A DNA stretch of 64,000 nt, taken from Candidatus Saccharimonadales bacterium. GTDB taxonomy: Bacteria; Patescibacteriota; Saccharimonadia; Saccharimonadales; JBBQAJ01. The position numbers were made by a program, and so were the translations under genes. The first letter of the stretch is position 1, and each line of letters begins with the position of its first letter. Location of the stretch: NCBI GenBank assembly GCA_038206875.1, contig JBBRAK010000001.1:1037-65036 (forward strand). Reading direction: 5' to 3'. The notes under the pieces are model-generated. The model saw only the letters and a list, made by a program, of their open reading frames with translations. It did no database searches and had not been told where the DNA came from. Of the stretch, positions 8,727 through 15,900 are shown one piece after another.

Positions 8727-11357
8727 ATGTATAAAATTATTAAATCATTAACTAGTAATGGCAGTCGAAACCTGCTACTTGCTATGGCGTTTTCTATTGC
8801 AGTGTTTGGGGTTGCTTTTGCGTCTCCTCAATCTGTTAGTGCAGCATGTACAGCGCCATCAGCTCCATATGGTTCTGTCAGCTATACGTCTAATGTAACT
8901 CAAGCAGGAACTTACCGAATTGCAGTTCGACTTAAGGCGCCTACAACTACAGATAACTTTTTGGCAATTGATGTTGGTAACAACTGTAATATCAAGTATC
9001 AATTGGCCGGGTCAGATAATGTAGCTAACACTTGGAAATGGATTAGTTACAAAGACGGCAACAGTGCTAGCGTTGTCAATCTTAACCTAACCGCTGGCAA
9101 CAATGTTATCAACTTATACGGTACTGCACCTGGTGTTCAGGTTGACCGCGTATTACTTATGAGCGACACGGCTTGCCTACCAACCGGGACTGGTGACAAC
9201 TGCTATACTCCGCCCGACACCACACCCCCAACAGTTAGCCTTACTGCTCCGCAGGCTGGTAGCACAGTTCAGGGAACAGCCGCCACAGTAAGTGCTAATG
9301 CAACGGATGCACAAGGGATTAGTAAAGTAGAGTTTTACTCAGGAACGACATTAATTGGTAGTGACACGACATCACCATACTCAGCTAGCTGGAATACTAC
9401 AACAACGGTAGATGGGCCATATTCACTGACAGCCAAAGCATTCGACACTTCTAACAATTCTACGACTAGTTCAGCAATATCGGTTAAGGTTACAAATACA
9501 CCACCGCCACCTACTCCAGATACGGAGCCACCAAGTACTCCTGCGAATTTGCAGGCGACACTTGCTACTGGAACAACTACTCCTCAAGCAAATTTGACCT
9601 GGACGGCAAGCACCGATAACGTGGGCGTCAAAAGTTACGACGTTTACAAAGGGACAACTCTCTTAAAAACTGTTACTACAAATGCAACAACAGATAGTGG
9701 TTTAACAATCGGACAAACATACTCTTATTATGTTATAGCTAAAGATGCGGTCGGTAACGCTTCTGCGAAGTCCAATACGGCCTCAATTAGTATTCCGGAT
9801 TCTGTAATTCCTACGGTAAGTATTACAAGTCCATCCGCCGGCACAACTGTGAGCGGAACGGTGAATGTTGCTGCGACCGCGGGCGACAACATAGGTGTTG
9901 CCAAAGTTCAATTCTTGGTTGACGGAGTAGTACAATCACCAGCAGATACTAGTGCGCCATATGCCTTCAGCTGGAACACAACAGCGCTTGGAAATGGTGC
10001 TCACACTATTGCGGCGCAATCATACGACGCTGCAGGCAACAAATCATTGGTGGACAGCAAGTCCGTTACTGTTCAAAATGGTGACACAACGCCACCTTCT
10101 GCTCCCGGCAATTTCAAAGCAGTTGCTAGTGCGTACAACAAAGTTGTACTTACTTGGACCGCAGCAACAGATGCGAGTGGCATAAAAGATTACCTGTTGT
10201 CCAGAGATGGTGTATGGGTAGGTCTCATGGGCGCCAACACCACAACCTACACAGATACAAATGTTACAGCCACAACTAAGTACAGCTATGAGCTCATAGC
10301 CATAGATAATGCCGATAACCTTAATTCAGCCACAACTTCGGTTACTACTCCAGATGCACCCGATTCTCAAGCTCCATCAGCACCAGCTAATCTCACGGCA
10401 ACAGCTGTAAGTACAACTCAAATAAACCTTTCATGGCAAGCAAGCACCGACAATATTGGGGTCAAAAACTACGAAGTTTACAGGGGTAGCACCAAAGTAG
10501 CTACTGTGACAACAACAAGCTTCGGTGACACTGGATTAAGCCCTGACACGAGCTACAGCTATACAGTAAAAGCTGTAGACGCTGCTGGAAACAGTAGTGC
10601 AGATTCAAATACTGCAACCGTCAAGACTCCAGCGCCACCTGTAACTTCTACAAATGTAGCACTGAACAAACCCGCAACAGTTTCATCTGTCGAGTCTACT
10701 AATTACTCAGCTTCACGTGCAGTAGATGGAGATGCTGGTACTCGATGGGCAAGTGCGCTCAAATCCGACGGTAGCGGTGGTAGCGATCCAGAGTGGATAT
10801 ATGTTGACCTTGGTTCTAGCTACGATGTTAGCGGAGTTAAGCTTAACTGGGAGGCGGCTTATGGCAAGGCATACCAGGTACAAGTATCAACCGACGCATC
10901 CAGCTGGCAGTCGATATACAACACAACTAGCGGAGATGGCGGTGTAGATGATTTGACTGGCCTAACTGGATCGGGTCGCTATGTTCGAATGTATGGTACT
11001 GCTAGGGGAACGAAATGGGGATATTCACTGTTGGAGATGGAAATCTACGGTAAGCCTAGCAACGTAACTCCACCGCCACCACCTCCTCCACCGATTCTGT
11101 TGAATGGGGATGTGTATGGTCAGGTTAGGGATTCGAGCACACAAAAAACTCTAGGTTCAGTCTACGTATCAATCTATTACAGTGGTAGTACTCACCGTGT
11201 GAAAACTAGCAGTACAGGTAACTATAGGATGACTGGTGTTCCTGCAGGTACATACTCGTTTAAGTATGTTAGAACCAATTACATTACACTTAATTCAGAT
11301 GGAACAATCCCGTCGGGTTCGACTTTGACCAAGAACATAACGATGGTTCACAAATAA
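8727..11357 (+). CDS. Large secreted multidomain glycan-binding protein (CBM-like + Ig-like x2 + FN3 x3 + F5/8 type C discoidin + poly-Pro + CarboxypepD_reg-like)
   Basis: The ORF opens at 8721, but the ATG at 8727 has better spacing to AGGAG (8714-8718). The signal peptide ends ...SPQSVSA/ACTAP. Ig-like repeats read PTVS(L/I)T(A/S)P..G(S/T)TV.G...V.A.A.D..G(I/V).KV(E/Q)F..., followed later by SPYSASWNT or APYAFSWNT. FN3 repeats read PSxPxNL.A....T.(A/I)NL(T/S)W.AS(T)DN(V/I)GVK.Y(D/E)VY. The discoidin segment is ALNKPATVSSVES..AVDGDAGTRWAS. A PPPPPPPP run lies at about nt 11068-11095. Confidence 0.8.
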   Translation: MYKIIKSLTSNGSRNLLLAMAFSIAVFGVAFASPQSVSAACTAPSAPYGSVSYTSNVTQAGTYRIAVRLKAPTTTDNFLAIDVGNNCNIKYQLAGSDNVANTWKWISYKDGNSASVVNLNLTAGNNVINLYGTAPGVQVDRVLLMSDTACLPTGTGDNCYTPPDTTPPTVSLTAPQAGSTVQGTAATVSANATDAQGISKVEFYSGTTLIGSDTTSPYSASWNTTTTVDGPYSLTAKAFDTSNNSTTSSAISVKVTNTPPPPTPDTEPPSTPANLQATLATGTTTPQANLTWTASTDNVGVKSYDVYKGTTLLKTVTTNATTDSGLTIGQTYSYYVIAKDAVGNASAKSNTASISIPDSVIPTVSITSPSAGTTVSGTVNVAATAGDNIGVAKVQFLVDGVVQSPADTSAPYAFSWNTTALGNGAHTIAAQSYDAAGNKSLVDSKSVTVQNGDTTPPSAPGNFKAVASAYNKVVLTWTAATDASGIKDYLLSRDGVWVGLMGANTTTYTDTNVTATTKYSYELIAIDNADNLNSATTSVTTPDAPDSQAPSAPANLTATAVSTTQINLSWQASTDNIGVKNYEVYRGSTKVATVTTTSFGDTGLSPDTSYSYTVKAVDAAGNSSADSNTATVKTPAPPVTSTNVALNKPATVSSVESTNYSASRAVDGDAGTRWASALKSDGSGGSDPEWIYVDLGSSYDVSGVKLNWEAAYGKAYQVQVSTDASSWQSIYNTTSGDGGVDDLTGLTGSGRYVRMYGTARGTKWGYSLLEMEIYGKPSNVTPPPPPPPPILLNGDVYGQVRDSSTQKTLGSVYVSIYYSGSTHRVKTSSTGNYRMTGVPAGTYSFKYVRTNYITLNSDGTIPSGSTLTKNITMVHK

Positions 11358-11375
11358 AAGGAGTGGGGAAATATA

Positions 11376-11870
11376 ATGAATGAAATTCAAGACAGTGAAA
11401 CGCAAATGGAGCAAAGCCAGCCGGCACCACAGCCTGTAACTGGTGGACAGAACTCAAAGAAAAAGTTTGTTGTTGTCACAATTTTAGTACTGATTATTGT
11501 AGGTGTTATTGTTGCTGGAGTATTTGTTAGGATGAAGAGCGATAATAAAAAGACTGCAGAGCCTGCTTCAACTACTAGTCCATCTGAAACGCGAGAAGTT
11601 GCAAAAGTCAGTATTACCCCAGGTGGATTCCTGCCAGCGACTATAAAGGTCAAAGTCGGAACCCAGGTAAACTGGACCAATGATGATAGCGCAAATCATC
11701 AAATTGCAGCTGATCCGTTCAAGACTCATGAAATGCTTCCAGAGCTGTACGACGAAGAGCCAATAGGACCGAATGATTCATTTGGATTTACTTTTGAAAA
11801 GGCAGGTACATACACATATCACGACGAACTAAACCCTGGCAAATTTTCTGGAACTGTTATAGTCGAATAG
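11376..11870 (+). CDS. Membrane-anchored cupredoxin-like domain protein lacking the type-1 Cu cysteine
   Basis: It has a TM segment FVVVTILVLIIVGVIVAGVFV. The plastocyanin-like pattern is ATIKVKVGTQVNWTNDDSANHQIA...FTFEKAGTYTYHDELNPGKFSGTVIVE. The usual YxCxxHxxM motif is replaced by YHDELNPGKF. Confidence 0.6.
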   Translation: MNEIQDSETQMEQSQPAPQPVTGGQNSKKKFVVVTILVLIIVGVIVAGVFVRMKSDNKKTAEPASTTSPSETREVAKVSITPGGFLPATIKVKVGTQVNWTNDDSANHQIAADPFKTHEMLPELYDEEPIGPNDSFGFTFEKAGTYTYHDELNPGKFSGTVIVE

Positions 11871-11888
11871 CACCGAGGGAGACTTGGG

Positions 11889-12953
11889 TTGAGTAAAAAA
11901 TTCCAAAAAAAACGCAAAATAGTAGTGTTTGTTGTTCTTTTTGCGGTAATTGGGGCTACATTTCTAATCATAAGCAGAGCAGCCACGCCAACTTTTAGCA
12001 TAGAGCCAGAAAACGGAACTAGAACCGGCTCTATAAGCGTTATTCCCGCCATTGGAACTGACTCTACGCTAAGTGGCGGAAAAGCCATAACTTTTGGTAG
12101 TGCTGTAGTTCCTCCTACTGGCTGTAACCCCACTTCACCTCCTGACGGTTCTGCTCCAAGCAACCCAACTCCCTGTAGATATGGCCAATCAAATGGTCCT
12201 AGCGGAACCTGGAATTTTAACTGGCAAGACGAATTTAGTGGTACTGCGTTAGATTTTACCAAATGGAGACCAAATTATCTGGGAGGAAGTGATTCAGACA
12301 TAACGAAAGCAAGTAATAGCAGTATGCAGAACTGCGAAGATCCTGCACAAACAAAGGTAAACGGAGGAACTCTTAAACTTACGCTTGTGCAGAGGAGTTG
12401 CAAAGCAAACAATGGAACAACGTATCCCTATGCTTCAGGTTATGCCAGCACGCATGCAGATATAGTTATTACAAGTTCATTCTACATTGAGACAAAAATG
12501 TATATGCCTCCTGCAAATAGCACTACCGGTTGCGCAAACTGGCCTGGTATCTGGACCAATGGGGTGGCAAATGGAGTTAGCTGGCCGACTTTCCTAGAGA
12601 GCGATGTAATGGAGTGCTTGGGAGGGGAAGCGAAAGCTAACGTTCACGCTGGTCCAGGGGCTAACCAGGATGATTGGAAGAAAACAATTGGTGGAATAGG
12701 ACAGAATAGTGGTTGGCATGTTTTTGCCGCAAGTTTAGTAAAGAGCGCTAAGAGTGGCTGTCCTTCGCAAGCTCCGGATTCTGCAATTTTGACTTATTAC
12801 TACGATGGTGTGCAGATTGGGTCGCCCTATGAGACGTGTTACAAAAATACTGGCCAATTTATTATGCTCCAAAACGATATTCAGTCGGGTAGTTTAAAGA
12901 ACACTCTGCCTAGTACTGTTGAGTTTGACTACGTTAGGGTTTGGGCCAGGTAA
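11889..12953 (+). CDS. Secreted GH16-like / concanavalin-type glucanase
   Basis: It starts at TTG. It has the shared leader (AATPTFSIEPENGTRTGSISVIPAIGTDSTLSGGKAITFGS). It also has WQDEFSGTALDFTKW, the ExDxxE-type motif LESDVMECLG and a FDYVRVWA end. Confidence 0.7.
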   Translation: MSKKFQKKRKIVVFVVLFAVIGATFLIISRAATPTFSIEPENGTRTGSISVIPAIGTDSTLSGGKAITFGSAVVPPTGCNPTSPPDGSAPSNPTPCRYGQSNGPSGTWNFNWQDEFSGTALDFTKWRPNYLGGSDSDITKASNSSMQNCEDPAQTKVNGGTLKLTLVQRSCKANNGTTYPYASGYASTHADIVITSSFYIETKMYMPPANSTTGCANWPGIWTNGVANGVSWPTFLESDVMECLGGEAKANVHAGPGANQDDWKKTIGGIGQNSGWHVFAASLVKSAKSGCPSQAPDSAILTYYYDGVQIGSPYETCYKNTGQFIMLQNDIQSGSLKNTLPSTVEFDYVRVWAR

Positions 12954-12968
12954 TTTTTAAATAAATTA

Positions 12969-12997
12969 TTGACATTAGCGCAACCAAGTGATACCAT
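12969..12997 (+). promoter_or_regulatory. Sigma-70-like promoter (TTGACA-17-TACCAT with TG extension)
   Basis: TTGACA lies at 12969-12974, followed by a 17-nt spacer, TG at 12989-12990 and TACCAT at 12992-12997. The element sits upstream of both the 13025 hairpin and the KGG gene. Confidence 0.35.
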
Positions 12998-13024
12998 AAG
13001 CATAACTTCGTGAGAAGCGACATC

Positions 13025-13065
13025 AGAGAGGGTAGTGCCGAAAGGTACGCCCTCTCTTTTGTTTT
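13025..13065 (+). terminator. Strong intrinsic terminator-like hairpin (GAAA tetraloop) + U-tract
   Basis: AGAGAGGGTAGTGCC-GAAA-GGTACGCCCTCTCT forms 13 bp with a 2x1 internal loop, followed by TTTTGTTTT. It is 70 nt downstream of the stop of the 7670-12953 gene string. Confidence 0.65.
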
Positions 13066-13106
13066 CATCTTTTTTAAATTAAAGGTGGTGGGCAGGGAGT
13101 CATAAC

Positions 13107-13304
13107 ATGGCTGGAACTAAAGCTGGCGGCAAAGCTGCTGCATCAACAAACAAAAGTAAGTACGGTGCTGATTTTTACGCAAAAATCGGTGCTGCTGGTG
13201 GTAAAAAAGGCCGAACTGGCGGATTTTTTGCTAACCGTGAACTAGCACGTGTTGCGGGTGCCAAGGGTGGACGTATTAGTCGTCGCACCAAAAAGACAGT
13301 TTAA
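13107..13304 (+). CDS. KGG-repeat general stress protein (YciG-like)
   Basis: The 65-aa product has repeated GGKKG / AKGG motifs: AGTKAGGKAA, GAAGGKKGRTGGF, AGAKGGRISRR. The SD AAAGGTGG lies upstream. Confidence 0.7.
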   Translation: MAGTKAGGKAAASTNKSKYGADFYAKIGAAGGKKGRTGGFFANRELARVAGAKGGRISRRTKKTV

Positions 13305-13320
13305 TTTAAAAAAGCTTTCT

Positions 13321-13836
13321 TTATACAAACACCGTCTGATTAAGTTCTGGCGGTGTTTTTTTATGTCTGTCCTGCATGCGGTACGGCCTGCAGAAGCGCG
13401 ATTTTGACACAGACCAGCGAGTGGAGCAGTTTAAGCATAAATACGTTGTCTGGTCTATCTGTAAGCTGTTCAGAGCACATTTGGGGCAGGTACTGCGGGC
13501 GTATAACCAGTCTCGATATGTGTTTAGGCAGTCTTGAATATGCTCTTCGTCTATGTTTAATTCCAGTTTTTGGCTCAAATCTTGAGCTGATTGCCAAGCT
13601 TCTACCTCTAGTTTAAGTAGGCCAGCGTCTGTTTTGTAGCTTTTGTGGTCAAGCACTGCATGCCCGGCTTCGTGCAAAAGTGACCATTTGCCAGTTTCTG
13701 TGTTCAGCACATCACCGTTGAAGTAAATTGTGCTTGTCTGCGGAGACCAGTAAAAAGTAGGCGAAGCTATAAACTTGATGTCCGGGAGGAGTTTTTGGAG
13801 GCTATTTAATAAGTTTTTCATGATGAAATTTCGCAA
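13321..13836 (-). CDS. ImmA/IrrE-like HExxH metallopeptidase domain protein with C-terminal Cys4 zinc ribbon
   Basis: It has WSLLHEAGHAVLDH (HExxH) and CPKC...(x17)...CLNC. No adjacent Xre-type partner is present. Confidence 0.55.
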   Translation of the reverse strand: MRNFIMKNLLNSLQKLLPDIKFIASPTFYWSPQTSTIYFNGDVLNTETGKWSLLHEAGHAVLDHKSYKTDAGLLKLEVEAWQSAQDLSQKLELNIDEEHIQDCLNTYRDWLYARSTCPKCALNSLQIDQTTYLCLNCSTRWSVSKSRFCRPYRMQDRHKKTPPELNQTVFV

Positions 13837-14629
13837 GCTGGAAGCATCCTTGTGCTACAGACATGCCTCCATATTTTGCCTTTTTAATCGGTGGAATTGA
13901 AAACATTGGATTTTCGTGACTTTTCAGGAAGTCTAATAGTTGTTTTTCGAACTTCTCTAAATGTTCACCAGCACCACCACCAATGATGACCAACTCAGGT
14001 GTTAGAATTGCCAGAATATGCAAAAGCCCAACCCCAATTCTCTGTGCAAACCACTCCCATGCGACATAATTATCAATTGGCATGTCGCTAACTCTCATGC
14101 CAAACTTTTCCTGAAATGAGCGTCCAGAGCCAAAATCTTCCCAATCTACGAAAACTCCATGATTATCAATCGGTATTTGACCAACTTCCATATCTTCGTA
14201 GTTAATATCAATTTTTCCATCTATTACCATTCCGCCATTTATGCCAGTGCTAACTGTTAAATAAAAGACTTTCCGATACTTGCCATCTATATTGTTTGCT
14301 TCTGCTAATGCTGCGAGCTTAGAGTCGTTTTCTATAATAATTGGAGCTTTGAATATAAATTCAATATCATGTTCAATAGGTACGTTTTTCCAGGGTCTAT
14401 TTCCAAACGCCAGAGCAATACCGTTTTTTCTATCCAGCTTACCAGGGACTGCAACAACGATATTTTGAAAGTCACTTGTTGACAAATTTGCAACGACCTT
14501 TGCCAAATCCTTCTTAAATACTTCGTAATCTTTAGGTGTAGGGAACTTTACTTGTTCAATAATTTTGCCATGATTATCAAACACAGCAACCAACGTTTTA
14601 GTACCCCCAATGTCGACAGCTGCATACAT
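13802..14629 (-). CDS. ROK-family sugar kinase (glucokinase-like)
   Basis: It has the N-terminal MYAAVDIGGTKTLVAVFD (the ATP-binding DxGGT motif), then LTVSTGINGG and VIIGGGAG. Confidence 0.7.
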   Translation of the reverse strand: MYAAVDIGGTKTLVAVFDNHGKIIEQVKFPTPKDYEVFKKDLAKVVANLSTSDFQNIVVAVPGKLDRKNGIALAFGNRPWKNVPIEHDIEFIFKAPIIIENDSKLAALAEANNIDGKYRKVFYLTVSTGINGGMVIDGKIDINYEDMEVGQIPIDNHGVFVDWEDFGSGRSFQEKFGMRVSDMPIDNYVAWEWFAQRIGVGLLHILAILTPELVIIGGGAGEHLEKFEKQLLDFLKSHENPMFSIPPIKKAKYGGMSVAQGCFQLAKFHHEKLIK

Positions 14630-14778
14630 AGCGACTAGTATACAGCTATCAGCAGACAGCTAACAGCTTTTGGTCGTTAACACTTTACTTATACCGATAG
14701 AACAGATATAATTCACAGTGAAATCTGAACGGGTCAATGTGTTAAGGCACACCGCAGAGTCAAGGAGGCATGATTATC

Positions 14779-15855
14779 ATGTCAAAAACTAGTACATCAA
14801 CTAGCGTTACAATGGACGAACTTTTAGAGTCCAGCGATATCGCACAACTTAAAACGGGAGACGTCGTAGAAGGCGTGGTTTCTTCCGTACACAAACACGA
14901 GGTCTGGATAGACTTGGGTGCCAACGGCGTGGGTGTAGTAATGCGTCGAGAGATTGGTCATGGCCAAAAACTAGAACCAGGTCAAGAGATTTTGACCAGT
15001 GTAGTTGATCCAGAAATGGACGAAGGATATGCGCTTCTAAGCATGCGGAGAGCAGTCAAAGACAGAGGCTGGGACGAACTACAAACGATGTTTGATAAGC
15101 AAGAAATCATTGAAATCTCACCATATGACGCAAACAGAGGTGGGTTACTTGTCGAGCTAGAAGGCATAAGAGGATTTTTGCCAGTTTCTCAGCTCGCAGC
15201 CGGACACTACCCACGTGTTTCTGGAGCCGACAAAGACGAAATTCTTCAAAAGCTAAATGAACTGACGAATAAAACAATTAGGGCTAGAATTTTGGACATC
15301 AGTCGCAAGGACAACAAGCTGATATTTTCCGAAAAAGAAGCAGTCAAGGACGACATGCAAGCTAGATTTTCTGAACTCAAAGTGGGCGATAGCATAAAAG
15401 GGGTGGTTACTGGGGTAATAGATTTCGGAGCTTTTGTAAATGTTGACGGCATAGAAGGTTTGATACACATATCTGAAATATCATGGGAGCGGGTTGAAGA
15501 CCCTAGGGACTACGTAAAAACCGGCCAAAACGTAGAGGCCAAAATAATCGCTATCGATAAAGATCGTCTAAGTTTGAGCCTCAAACAAATGCAAGAGGAT
15601 CCCTGGCTACAAGAAGTAAAGGCGTTCAAAAAAGGTTCAGTTGTAGAGGGCAAAGTTACTAGAATAACTCCGTTTGGAGCATTTGTTCAGTTAAGTTCTG
15701 CAGTTGAGGCATTGGTTCATGTTTCTGAAATGAGCGACGAAGAAGGAATAGACCCTGAAAAAATCTTCCAACTAAACGAATCCAAGAAGTTTAAGGTCTT
15801 GGAAATAGATACGGAAGGCCGAAAAATAGCACTTAGCCTAAAAGACGCAAAATAA
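14779..15855 (+). CDS. rpsA: 30S ribosomal protein S1 (four S1 domains)
   Basis: S1-domain repeats are visible: GDVVEGVV...VDLG, GFLPVSQL, GDSIKGVVTGVIDFGAFVNV..IEGLIHISE and GSVVEGKVTRITPFGAFVQL. AGGAGG at 14763-14768 favours the ATG at 14779 over 14770. Confidence 0.9.
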   Translation: MSKTSTSTSVTMDELLESSDIAQLKTGDVVEGVVSSVHKHEVWIDLGANGVGVVMRREIGHGQKLEPGQEILTSVVDPEMDEGYALLSMRRAVKDRGWDELQTMFDKQEIIEISPYDANRGGLLVELEGIRGFLPVSQLAAGHYPRVSGADKDEILQKLNELTNKTIRARILDISRKDNKLIFSEKEAVKDDMQARFSELKVGDSIKGVVTGVIDFGAFVNVDGIEGLIHISEISWERVEDPRDYVKTGQNVEAKIIAIDKDRLSLSLKQMQEDPWLQEVKAFKKGSVVEGKVTRITPFGAFVQLSSAVEALVHVSEMSDEEGIDPEKIFQLNESKKFKVLEIDTEGRKIALSLKDAK

Positions 15856-15900
15856 TTTGACCTATTATGTGATTAAGTAATTCAAGAAAGGAGCGCAACC

